Below are positions 9,748 to 18,850 of a stretch of DNA of 64,000 nucleotides, in pieces (position 1 is the first letter of the stretch; the number at the start of each line of letters is the position of its first letter). A model generated the notes under the pieces. It was not told the origin of the DNA. It made no database searches and worked only from the letters and a program-made list of their open reading frames with translations. The DNA comes from a virus: positions 1 to 64,000 of IMG/VR virus record IMGVR_UViG_3300028844_003294. One strand, 5' to 3'. The translations under genes and the position numbers were made by a program.

Positions 9748-11383
9748 TTAATGCATCTGCCTCCTCACAGATAAACCAGAAGTCGTGCATCTCTGGAAAT
9801 GTTGCTAAAAAGTTTGTGTGTCTGCGTCTATCATGTTCTGTAAAAAATTTATAAAAGTCTGCTCTGTTTCTAATAAGTTCTTCATGTGGTAATTCTTTTT
9901 TCATTAAATCTAAATTACGTTTTGCTTTTGCTATTTCAAAATCTTTAAATCCTCTGTAGTCTACATAGTCTTCGTTTGCCTTGTGTGATTCCATAAACTG
10001 TATTGCTTCTTCCAAATAACTTTGATATTCGCTTGGTAGCACTTGTATTGTTTGCCATGCAGGATTTCTTAATACAGGAATATCAAACCATATACGTTGT
10101 TCTGGTACTTCCCACCCCATTGCATATTGATTTTCCTTACTCCACTTTTCTCTAAGTTCTAGTATGCCTTCTAAGAATTCTTTAAAACTTGTTACACTTA
10201 AACAATTGAATGTATTGATAAAATTTATACTTGTGAATCTAGTTTCGTCTAAAAATCTATGACAGTTATTCCATACTGTATCAAACTTCATGCCATTACG
10301 CATATACTCTGCTTGTTCTCCCCAACCATCAAGACTACAGAATACACTAAAGTTATGATATGCTTTATCGTTGTATTCATATATGTATGTAAAACTATTG
10401 TTGTCTTGCTCTTCGCATTGACCTACTTGTAAAAATGTTTGCGGTATCTCATGCCTTTCTATAACAGGTAATTCACTATCATGATAACGTTTAGCATCTT
10501 CACCTATAATATAATGTTGCCATGTTTGCCAATCAGTACCGTCTAGAGGATCTTTAACATACACTTCTGCACCATGTTGTACGTCATCTAATTTTTTAAC
10601 ACTTGTTAAAAATCTTTCAAACAATGCATCGTTGACTGGGCACATATTTGATGTAATGCTTAATTCTAAATCTTTATTTGGATTATCATATACATAGTCT
10701 AATACCAAGAATGTATTTTTATCCATGAGTGGCTCGCCACCTGTCATACGAAACACTCTTAATGTTTTGTACATTTCAGGCCACCATTTCCAAAATGCAG
10801 TAACGTATGGATTGTCATCTTGTCTTACTTTAAGTGGCATAAGACCTTTGCTGTTTAAACTTTGTATATTATTGTGTGGAGCAGTTGTAGGATATTCTCC
10901 ATGCTCGTCTATCTCTTCTTGCCATGCTGTACTTAAATGTGGACTGCAATAACTACACTTAAAGTTACATGCTTGGTTAAAGTTTACTTCTACATAACGT
11001 GGGTTGATGTTGCCACTGGCACCAGCATCCATGATATCTTCTTTGCTTTCTTGTGCCCAGTACTCTCCACTACGATATACTCTATCACTTCTTGCACCTG
11101 TATCTTCTATGTTCCAGCAGTAACTACAACCATCGGGCCTTTCGCCTTTGAGCATTTGTCTACGTTGCTCTTTTTTCTCTTCTGTGTTGTGTAATGCCGT
11201 AATATTTTTATCTAGTTCTTCTAATGGAATTTTATGTGTAGGTGGGTGATAACAACTATGTGTCATGCCGTTTGTTAAATGCATAGACACTTGACTCCAC
11301 TTTGCATAACACATCGTAGGACTTATTGTGTCTAGTTGTTGTTTGGCCTTATCTGCGGCCTGATCGTATATACTCATTACCAA
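9740..11383 (-). CDS. Radical SAM protein with N-terminal Cys cluster (paralogue of 5576..7237)
   Basis: CNFKCSYC and TGGEPL; N-terminal MCYAKW...SCYHP...CSYCW; shared DNPYV.AFW.WWPE. Confidence 0.9.
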   Translation of the reverse strand: MVMSIYDQAADKAKQQLDTISPTMCYAKWSQVSMHLTNGMTHSCYHPPTHKIPLEELDKNITALHNTEEKKEQRRQMLKGERPDGCSYCWNIEDTGARSDRVYRSGEYWAQESKEDIMDAGASGNINPRYVEVNFNQACNFKCSYCSPHLSTAWQEEIDEHGEYPTTAPHNNIQSLNSKGLMPLKVRQDDNPYVTAFWKWWPEMYKTLRVFRMTGGEPLMDKNTFLVLDYVYDNPNKDLELSITSNMCPVNDALFERFLTSVKKLDDVQHGAEVYVKDPLDGTDWQTWQHYIIGEDAKRYHDSELPVIERHEIPQTFLQVGQCEEQDNNSFTYIYEYNDKAYHNFSVFCSLDGWGEQAEYMRNGMKFDTVWNNCHRFLDETRFTSINFINTFNCLSVTSFKEFLEGILELREKWSKENQYAMGWEVPEQRIWFDIPVLRNPAWQTIQVLPSEYQSYLEEAIQFMESHKANEDYVDYRGFKDFEIAKAKRNLDLMKKELPHEELIRNRADFYKFFTEHDRRRHTNFLATFPEMHDFWFICEEADALNG

Positions 11384-11538
11384 TTATGAATTATGTTTGC
11401 CATAATAAAAAATGCACACACTACATTCACTGTAACAACAAAAGTTCTTATAATTGCTACATGATTATCGTAGTCAGCAGTTTTGTCATCTGAAAAACTA
11501 CCTATTGCATATTTCCATATGGTCCAAACTTTTTTCAT
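11377..11538 (-). CDS. Small membrane protein
   Basis: Likely start MKKVWTIWKYAIGSFSD at 11538; one hydrophobic C-terminal helix. Confidence 0.6.
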   Translation of the reverse strand: MKKVWTIWKYAIGSFSDDKTADYDNHVAIIRTFVVTVNVVCAFFIMANIIHNW

Positions 11539-12539
11539 TGAATTAAACCGTTTTCTAATAGTTCTTGTATTTGTTTTTCTCTTACCATGGCACCCCAACG
11601 TCTTGGATTTACAAATGTCTTTTTAAAGAATTTACTCATTTGTACATCTGGGTCAAACAACATCATTTCATTTATGTCATCATTAAGTCTGCGTCCTAGA
11701 ACACATACTTCTTTAAATAGCATATTACTATCCCAATCTAATTTTGTATAGCGACATGTTTTATCGTTCATACCATCGAACTTTGGTGCTACTTCATTAT
11801 AGAAGAAATCTTTAAACCATTCAAAGTCAGATATTTGATTAGTGTCCCAATCACTTAGTACTGCCATCTCACAACCAAGTCTTGCTCCGTAGATAGCCCA
11901 CAAGCCATTCTCTACATCACTGCCAATGTTACACCATGTCTGCAGTCTGTTATAATTACCATACCAAATTTTTTGTATAAACTCATCTGGTTTTACTCTT
12001 ACACCTTGATCCAAACTCATTTTAACTCCTTCCCTAAAACCTGCTCTAAAGGCCTGGAAAGGTGAAGCAGTTTGATGTACTTCACTAAAGGTATCGTTAA
12101 GTTGTATGTAATTTAACTTCCAACAAAACTCCATGCCCTCGCCGTCTGTTGCGGCTTCATGTGTATTGATTGTTTTAGTATATTCTGTAGGCCAGCATTT
12201 AAGTCCGCCATTGCCGTATACTAAACCATTTAAAATATTTTTAGCATTCCAACTGAAGATACTTTCTGATATGTTATTGCCATCGTGATCGGTATCTGGT
12301 ACATCTAATACTTGCTCGAAAAAGTCATCCATAACAATATTGTCACCATCAACTGTGATAAAACGATCTGTTTCAGATTGATTTGCGGCGGCCTTATGTG
12401 CGGCATCGAAACCTTTGACTCCGTGTACACGTTTAGCCCACGGTACTTTGTTAAGTAAGTCTGCCCAATGTTCTTCTGCATTAGGTTCATCATATGAGAT
12501 ATAAAAAATGTCTAATTCTGTTACGTCTATTTTTGCCAT
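11535..12539 (-). CDS. GT-A fold glycosyltransferase-like protein
   Basis: DIFYISYDE...GVKGFDAAH...FITVDGDN (DxD); later AFRAGFREG. Confidence 0.65.
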   Translation of the reverse strand: MAKIDVTELDIFYISYDEPNAEEHWADLLNKVPWAKRVHGVKGFDAAHKAAANQSETDRFITVDGDNIVMDDFFEQVLDVPDTDHDGNNISESIFSWNAKNILNGLVYGNGGLKCWPTEYTKTINTHEAATDGEGMEFCWKLNYIQLNDTFSEVHQTASPFQAFRAGFREGVKMSLDQGVRVKPDEFIQKIWYGNYNRLQTWCNIGSDVENGLWAIYGARLGCEMAVLSDWDTNQISDFEWFKDFFYNEVAPKFDGMNDKTCRYTKLDWDSNMLFKEVCVLGRRLNDDINEMMLFDPDVQMSKFFKKTFVNPRRWGAMVREKQIQELLENGLIQ

Positions 12540-12549
12540 TTGTGTGTCC

Positions 12550-13161
12550 TTATGTTCTCACATATTTATCATATATTTTTGTGGTATATATACTAACGTC
12601 GATATTATCAATATTGTGGAACTTTTCTATTTGTTTTTCTTTATACAATTCTGCTAAGTTTATTGTAAACGTCTCTATAACAAAATGAGGGTCACCTTTT
12701 TCTGTTATATAAAATGATACCAAGCCATTCTTGGGTTTCTTGCTTATCACATTGCTATGTAATTTTACAATAAACGATTTATTGTTTAAGGAAACTTTAA
12801 CATCATATGAGTTAGCATTTCCTTTTAAAATCTCTGTGAGGAATTCTTTTTCTGTTTTTACTGTAGAGGTTTCAAATGTTTTTAGTTTTATATGACAAAC
12901 ATCATGTTCATCTTCTTCAATAGAAAACTGGGCAACACTTTTACCTTTATCTTCAAGTATTTTTACATCTCTTGTATTAAATTTATAGACCTTTAGTTTA
13001 GCATATTTAGGATCATGTGTCAAGTCTTCATATGACTTTGCATGTATATCACCTGCATTATCGTATGCAATGTATGTAAATTCTGTTTGTGATTTTACCA
13101 CCTCTGCTAACGAACCTTGTTCTGCTTTTAGTTGTGCTAGTCTTTCTCCTGGTGTTGTCAT
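12550..13161 (-). CDS. Hypothetical protein
   Basis: 203-aa ORF with AGGAG RBS; no motif recognised. Confidence 0.75.
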   Translation of the reverse strand: MTTPGERLAQLKAEQGSLAEVVKSQTEFTYIAYDNAGDIHAKSYEDLTHDPKYAKLKVYKFNTRDVKILEDKGKSVAQFSIEEDEHDVCHIKLKTFETSTVKTEKEFLTEILKGNANSYDVKVSLNNKSFIVKLHSNVISKKPKNGLVSFYITEKGDPHFVIETFTINLAELYKEKQIEKFHNIDNIDVSIYTTKIYDKYVRT

Positions 13162-13162
13162 A

Positions 13163-14461
13163 TTATGCTCCTAACCATTTTTGTATGTTCTTAGAATTTA
13201 GTTGAGATGTTTCTATAATGTTACTTGGTTGTAGTATTAAATCTTTGTCCATAAGTTCAATAAACTTTGTGAGTCTCATATAATTTCTATATAGTCTTTC
13301 ATGCAATGTTGCTTCATGCTTTTTCCAATGATTCAATACTTCGTCAAAGTTTTTTATAACTGAATTATATATTACATGTGTTTGCTTAATTGCTCTTTCT
13401 ACAGGATCGTCTATTTGATCGTATAAGTCGTAATCAATAATATCTTTAAACATATCGAATCCTAATGACTCCATATATGCATTTATGCCTTTCTGCCCCA
13501 TAATATTTACTGGTTGTAAGTTTAGAATAGGTAATATAGTTTTTTCTGTAATAAACATAGAGTCACCATGGATTTCAGATTCAGCACTCATTATAAAAAA
13601 TGATGATTGATATGTCTTAGTTGCAAATGGCATCCTCATGCCCAACTCTGGAGGATAGTTCTTTTCAATATCCATGTGCATCTCTGCTGGTGCTAATTCT
13701 TGTTTTCTGTTCTTAAAACTTTTTATTATATCTATTGCAAATTCATCGTTTTGATATGCTTTGGGTATTATAATTTCTCTAGCAACTTCATCAGATTGCC
13801 CAAAATCATTTATTGTACAGTTAGGATTATTGTCCCAAAAGCCTATCCTTTTTGCTTCAATGTAAAATGCTAATCTATTATCTTTTGCTCTAGACATTAA
13901 ATTACAAATAGGATATTCCACATATCTTAAATCTGTTAGTACATGTTTTCTGTCGTGCAATTCTCCAAAGCGATCATATCTTACCCATTCGTCTATGTCC
14001 AAAGGGTGTTTTTTACATGATACTAACCATGTATTAGCAACAAACTTTTCAAACTTTGTTTTATAAGTTTTATCGAGATTAAAATTAAATCCGGCATCAA
14101 TTAAATAAAATTTTTCTATCCCTACGTCTATACATATTTCATCTAACAGTTCTAAAATATTATATATTATCATATGATTTTCATGTGCTGTATATTTAAT
14201 AGTTTCATGGTTTACATATAATATTGGTTTAAGATTATTTTGCTTTGCACATACTAATGCTTCTTTAAGCCATGAAATATCTGCTAATTTTATATCGTAT
14301 GAGTCCTCTAAATTCTTATTAAATACTACCCAAGTACCATCTTTAAGCAGTCCTATTTCTAATTGCCCAATGGTTGTTTTCCAGTCACCTTCAAATTCTT
14401 CTAGTAGAGCTTTAGCACTACTCTTAAACATACATATTGTAAGTGATTTACCTTCTAGCAT
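13163..14461 (-). CDS. Glycosyltransferase-like protein (paralogue family A)
   Basis: AES...FITEKTILP...QP..IMG...LGFDMF.DIIDY..YD. Confidence 0.55.
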   Translation of the reverse strand: MLEGKSLTICMFKSSAKALLEEFEGDWKTTIGQLEIGLLKDGTWVVFNKNLEDSYDIKLADISWLKEALVCAKQNNLKPILYVNHETIKYTAHENHMIIYNILELLDEICIDVGIEKFYLIDAGFNFNLDKTYKTKFEKFVANTWLVSCKKHPLDIDEWVRYDRFGELHDRKHVLTDLRYVEYPICNLMSRAKDNRLAFYIEAKRIGFWDNNPNCTINDFGQSDEVAREIIIPKAYQNDEFAIDIIKSFKNRKQELAPAEMHMDIEKNYPPELGMRMPFATKTYQSSFFIMSAESEIHGDSMFITEKTILPILNLQPVNIMGQKGINAYMESLGFDMFKDIIDYDLYDQIDDPVERAIKQTHVIYNSVIKNFDEVLNHWKKHEATLHERLYRNYMRLTKFIELMDKDLILQPSNIIETSQLNSKNIQKWLGA

Positions 14462-15314
14462 AATTCTCTTCTAATTGTTTTATCATATCTTTTGTAAGCC
14501 ATGTTTTTTCTACATAGTGAAATGGATATGTAATTTGAAAGTTACCAATTTTAAAATTTTTATAATCTTTGTAATATGTAGGTAATGTTTTTGTCCAGTC
14601 GTCTTCTATTATACTAGTAGGTATGTTTTGTACTTTGCTTTTCATATGTATAAATGTTGGTAACTCTGTCATGTGATCTGCGGTACATTCGTCTTCAATT
14701 CCTAATATCTTCATTGCTAAACTAAATGCCACATCGCCACTTAATTTATCTGGTTTACCTTTTGGCATATATTTAAAATAAAATCTTTCCCAATTTTCAA
14801 ATATAATTTGTACCATTTTAAAAAATTCTGTAGCCATATCGCTTTTTTTAAAATAGAAAAATGCTGTATATACATTAGCCATTTTATTTGCTTTTAAATC
14901 TTTTCTATGGAACGTATCGTATATAAGTTCGTTTCTATAAGTGTGTACATTAGTACATGCCCATATATCTTTATCACTTAGTGTGTCCCACCAATGGCTA
15001 ACATCAGTTGGAAACAGCATATCAGTATCTAGTATTACTGTTTCATCATAAGGTGTCATGTAGTAATATTTCCACTTGTTGTTTATCTTCCATTGTGAAT
15101 CTTGTGCTTCATCTGTCCATGGTATATCTACTATGTGATCAAACACCTTCTTGTGTTTTGCAGTTACTAGTTTCTTAGTCTTGTTGTCAACACATACTGT
15201 TAGATTGCACACAGTCGTCTGTGTTAGTTTTAAATTAAGTGCGAGTGCATACGCCTGCTCTAAGTAATCAACTGTGTCGTTGTTTTGTGCTATTACTATA
15301 TAACCTTTAGACAT
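14448..15314 (-). CDS. GT-A glycosyltransferase (GT8/mannosyltransferase-like, paralogue family B)
   Basis: KGYIVIAQN...TPYDETVILDTD (DxD), FYFKKS, C-terminal FHY. Confidence 0.7.
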   Translation of the reverse strand: MSKGYIVIAQNNDTVDYLEQAYALALNLKLTQTTVCNLTVCVDNKTKKLVTAKHKKVFDHIVDIPWTDEAQDSQWKINNKWKYYYMTPYDETVILDTDMLFPTDVSHWWDTLSDKDIWACTNVHTYRNELIYDTFHRKDLKANKMANVYTAFFYFKKSDMATEFFKMVQIIFENWERFYFKYMPKGKPDKLSGDVAFSLAMKILGIEDECTADHMTELPTFIHMKSKVQNIPTSIIEDDWTKTLPTYYKDYKNFKIGNFQITYPFHYVEKTWLTKDMIKQLEENYARR

Positions 15315-15483
15315 CTATCTTTTTCCATGTTTCTTTAAACAAACAAAAACGGTCTTGTCCATCATCTGTTTTGTATATAAACTGCATTCCTAACATTTGT
15401 ATTACAATACCTTCAAACTTACCGTTTAAACTGCATGTATGCTCTATGCGGTCTCCTAATTCTGGTCTCTTTTGTTTACCCAA
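15307..15483 (-). CDS. Small hypothetical protein (58 aa, TTG start)
   Basis: Not in the track. MGKQKRPELGDRIEHTC...WKKIDV fills the gap, overlaps both neighbours and has GAGG upstream. Confidence 0.55.
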   Translation of the reverse strand: MGKQKRPELGDRIEHTCSLNGKFEGIVIQMLGMQFIYKTDDGQDRFCLFKETWKKIDV

Positions 15484-15703
15484 TTGTAACCTCTGCTTCT
15501 GTTTCTATTACAACTCTAGCACCACATGGTAGCAATGGCTTGTCGTTACCACCATAAACAATTTTACTAGGCCCGTGTATTTCTACACTATGTCCGTATG
15601 TATTACTACGTCCTTCCTTGACTGTAATCACAGGCTCGTTAGTTCCGTGTTTTTTATTTGCACGAATCTTGTGCATGTTTACATGTATATATTTCTTTGC
15701 CAT
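15476..15703 (-). CDS. Small hypothetical phage protein
   Basis: 75 aa. IHVN...EPVITVK...CGARV.IET pattern; AGGAG RBS. Confidence 0.75.
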   Translation of the reverse strand: MAKKYIHVNMHKIRANKKHGTNEPVITVKEGRSNTYGHSVEIHGPSKIVYGGNDKPLLPCGARVVIETEAEVTIG

Positions 15704-16473
15704 TATATAATGCTCCTTGCATTTAAATGCGGTTCTATAAATTGTTCTGTATATTTTTTATGTCCTTCTTCCGACGGATGTTTATCGTCGTGTTCTTGCA
15801 ATAAATTTTCCTCTTTACACCACTCATACATTCCTGTGCTTATAAATTTATCCCAATTGATTAGTTCGTATAACCATTTTATATTTTCATTATTGATGTT
15901 AAAGGTTAGACTATCGTCAGTGAACCCACTCATAAAATAATCTATATTATGTAATTCTAAAAAGTTTTGTGTCCATAATATATTTTCTAATGTTGTTATT
16001 TCGCTAAATGTTCTGTTATTAAAATTTTTATACCAGGCAGTATTTAAATGTTGATATGGAAAATTTTCAATAGTGCTTGTTCCAGGCGATAAATTTATCC
16101 AACCACCCATATCTGTATATTGTGTATTAGGATGCAAAACATCTATTGGAGTTCTAATAAAATTTCTAGGTCCTATAGGTATATTAAATTTTGCAGGACG
16201 CCTAGCATCCTCACTATAAAAAGCATGCCTGTCTTGACCACTCCACATAACACCAACAATTAAATCTTTGCTTTCTTTTAAAAACTCTGATACACCATAT
16301 ATCAAAGTTCTTACTATCATAGAGTTGCCGGTTGCAAAAAACCCATAGTTGATTAAGTTTAAATTATACTTTGTTGCTAGTTGCTGTGGCCAAGCATTAA
16401 ATTTTTTATCTATACAAGGCAACTCGGTTTGTGTAAAAGAGCAACCAGATGTAATAAGAGTTTTATGTGACAT
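15703..16473 (-). CDS. SGNH/GDSL hydrolase-like protein (possible O-acyl esterase/transferase)
   Basis: N-terminal GCSFT block and C-terminal D.HP...GH block. Confidence 0.7.
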   Translation of the reverse strand: MSHKTLITSGCSFTQTELPCIDKKFNAWPQQLATKYNLNLINYGFFATGNSMIVRTLIYGVSEFLKESKDLIVGVMWSGQDRHAFYSEDARRPAKFNIPIGPRNFIRTPIDVLHPNTQYTDMGGWINLSPGTSTIENFPYQHLNTAWYKNFNNRTFSEITTLENILWTQNFLELHNIDYFMSGFTDDSLTFNINNENIKWLYELINWDKFISTGMYEWCKEENLLQEHDDKHPSEEGHKKYTEQFIEPHLNARSII

Positions 16474-17359
16474 GATTTATCAACTCCTCACTTACTCTGT
16501 TTATTGCCCATTTATTCATAACATGAATATCCATCTCCCTCCACTTACATAAGACGAAGTCGCCTAAACTCTTTGGCTTTTCTAAATAGAAAAGGATTTC
16601 ATTCTTTCGTGGTGACGAATGAATGTCATCGGTATCAAAGGTCTTATATAAGGAAGGGATAGGAAGTTGTGGTATAGCCTTATCTACAAACCCACCTAAC
16701 ATGTGAGCGGCTACACTAAAACTGTAATCATTTCTATACAGGCTCCCTGGCCATCTGTATAGATCTTGATAGTAATTGTTATTATCTCTAACGTGTTTTA
16801 CTGTGTTAAAAAATTGTTCTGCGTAATTAGATTTCTTAAAGTATACTACTGTTGCCCAATACATTTTGATGCCAAAAGGTGATAGCCTTTTTAATGATGG
16901 GTCATTTCTATCAGACATGATGTCTTCATAATGCCAATTCATCATTAGTTCATTTTCGTGACCCCAACAGTTATTTAATGTATTACTTAGTATTAAGTAA
17001 TCAGCATCAATTAGTATGGTTTCATCATACGGACTTAAATCGTATGCATCACATCTGTCTACATTGTAAAATGGCAATGTTTTATTTGTGTGGCTAGTAT
17101 CTTTGTATAATCTTCTGTTTGCATTCTTAAATGCTTTATCTTTTTCTGTAAATACAATATTAGATACTGCATTATCAATAAATTCTTTACCTACATTTTT
17201 TACATTGTAATCATAACTAAATTTATTAGTTACCACAGTTATATCATGTATACCTAAATTCTCTTTGATATAGTATGCGTTGATTACTGCTAACTTGAAA
17301 TAATCTATTTCTTCGTTATTGTGTGCAAATATTAAAATGCCTTTAGTTGTTGTCATCAA
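16463..17359 (-). CDS. GT-A glycosyltransferase (paralogue family B)
   Basis: KGILIFAHN...SPYDETILIDAD, VYFKKS; aligns by eye with 14448..15314. Confidence 0.7.
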   Translation of the reverse strand: MMTTTKGILIFAHNNEEIDYFKLAVINAYYIKENLGIHDITVVTNKFSYDYNVKNVGKEFIDNAVSNIVFTEKDKAFKNANRRLYKDTSHTNKTLPFYNVDRCDAYDLSPYDETILIDADYLILSNTLNNCWGHENELMMNWHYEDIMSDRNDPSLKRLSPFGIKMYWATVVYFKKSNYAEQFFNTVKHVRDNNNYYQDLYRWPGSLYRNDYSFSVAAHMLGGFVDKAIPQLPIPSLYKTFDTDDIHSSPRKNEILFYLEKPKSLGDFVLCKWREMDIHVMNKWAINRVSEELINHVT

Positions 17360-17708
17360 GTTCTAAATCTATCAACTTATGAACTTTTCTACTTTTCTTT
17401 AATTTTGAATATTCTGCATGATATTCATTAGTTGCTTCAAAGTAACGTGATAGAATTTCCTCTAAAAAATCTTCTAGATCAGTGATCTCTATAGGGTTAT
17501 TATACACGTCTAATAGTACGACACTATCTTCCTTTCTTTTGATTAGCATTTCAATGAATGTTATTAAGGAATGATCAACAATGAAACTTCCACCATTGAT
17601 ACTGTAGGTCAATAAGGTTTGAACTTTTGACTTTAAATTGTTGTGTTGTATGTTTAGAGTTTGTCTGTAATTAGCAAACTCTAATGCTTTTGTGAGTTTA
17701 GACGTCAT
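17343..17708 (-). CDS. Hypothetical protein, first gene of the modification cluster
   Basis: 121 aa; ATG lies 5 nt after a GATAAATA box. Confidence 0.75.
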   Translation of the reverse strand: MTSKLTKALEFANYRQTLNIQHNNLKSKVQTLLTYSINGGSFIVDHSLITFIEMLIKRKEDSVVLLDVYNNPIEITDLEDFLEEILSRYFEATNEYHAEYSKLKKSRKVHKLIDLELDDNN

Positions 17709-17713
17709 ATCAA

Positions 17714-17721
17714 TATTTATC
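17714..17721 (-). promoter_or_regulatory. Putative late promoter box GATAAATA
   Basis: GATAAATATTGATATG at 17706-17721 is identical to 43341-43356. Confidence 0.7.
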
Positions 17722-17726
17722 CGGTC

Positions 17727-17756
17727 AAAAAAAAGCCAGTTACTAGAACTGGCTTT
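17727..17756 (-). terminator. Rho-independent terminator
   Basis: Perfect stem AAAGCCAGTT/AACTGGCTTT with a 5-nt loop, ending in a T8 run on the minus strand just after 17775..18821. Confidence 0.85.
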
Positions 17757-17774
17757 AAGATTTGTTTATTATTT

Positions 17775-18821
17775 TTATAGTTCGTTTGTTGTTGCTGTAG
17801 TTGGTGCAGATATAACAACACCGTTATTTGCACGTTTAGTTTGGATAGTACTTGATATTGTACCGTCTACACTATCAACGTATCCAACACTATCGTCACT
17901 GTTACCGTCAACCCCGTCAGGACCAAGACCATCACCTAATGCGTGGTCATCTCTCATTGTAACTGTGAAAGTTAGCACTGTTGGGTTAGTTGTGCTGTTC
18001 ACTTTCCCTTCTATTCTATAATAGTTACTTGCATACGCACCTGAACCATACTTAATATATAGTTGCTGATTACTTGTGGACAATTCATAAAAACCTTTAC
18101 CTGCACTTGTTCCTGTTGAACCTGAGCTTGTTAAGTTGTTTAAGTTAAATGTCAATGTTCCCATTGCACTTAATAGTGATGTCCAGTTTGCATTCTGGGA
18201 ACCAATTGTTCCTGCGGTACTACCTGATGTACCACCACTTCTTGCACCTGTGAATAATACTTCTCCACCTGCATTAAAGAATGCTCTACAGTGTGCTTCA
18301 CTACTGAATGTCATTGTAAATATATGATCTATTGCAGGAGTACCTGAACTACCCCAAGCACTTGTTCTTGTACTTGTATCTGCGGCATCTGTTGTTAAAC
18401 TTCCTGAAGGAACACTAAGTCTTGCATCATATACATCTTTGACATCATCCATTAAGTTACTCCAGTCAGTTGCTGTGATACTACCACCTGCAACTTCGTC
18501 TGAACTACTTGAACTATTTAATGAATGGCCTAAGAATGTCGCTAAAGCCTGTACTTCGTCCTGTAAGTTTTTGTAACCGTTATCAGTGCTACTTGCTCTT
18601 ACAAGTTCTCCTGTTGCGGCATCTAAACTACCGATTGATTGGTTGTAGCCATATATGCTACCTGCACTATATGTTCCTATTGTGTGGTCTGCTGGTGTGC
18701 CTAATTGACGATAGACATTGTTTTTCATGTTATCGTAATCTGCGTTACCTATAACATCTCCGGCAACAACCTGTGTCATTGTATATCCGCCTGTTACTGA
18801 TAATGTACTTCCGCTAGCCAT
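17775..18821 (-). CDS. Virion structural protein (Ser/Thr/Gly-rich)
   Basis: 348 aa with FFNAGG motif. Has its own GATAAATA box (18844-18851), AGGAG RBS and terminator, suggesting high expression. Confidence 0.65.
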   Translation of the reverse strand: MASGSTLSVTGGYTMTQVVAGDVIGNADYDNMKNNVYRQLGTPADHTIGTYSAGSIYGYNQSIGSLDAATGELVRASSTDNGYKNLQDEVQALATFLGHSLNSSSSSDEVAGGSITATDWSNLMDDVKDVYDARLSVPSGSLTTDAADTSTRTSAWGSSGTPAIDHIFTMTFSSEAHCRAFFNAGGEVLFTGARSGGTSGSTAGTIGSQNANWTSLLSAMGTLTFNLNNLTSSGSTGTSAGKGFYELSTSNQQLYIKYGSGAYASNYYRIEGKVNSTTNPTVLTFTVTMRDDHALGDGLGPDGVDGNSDDSVGYVDSVDGTISSTIQTKRANNGVVISAPTTATTNEL

Positions 18822-18850
18822 ATTGTCTCCTACGTATTACTTATATTTAT

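Noticed and set aside
10350-10590. Intein in the radical SAM insertion
   Set aside because: His-Asn is followed by Phe rather than Cys/Ser/Thr, there is no N-terminal splice motif, and the segment is too short.
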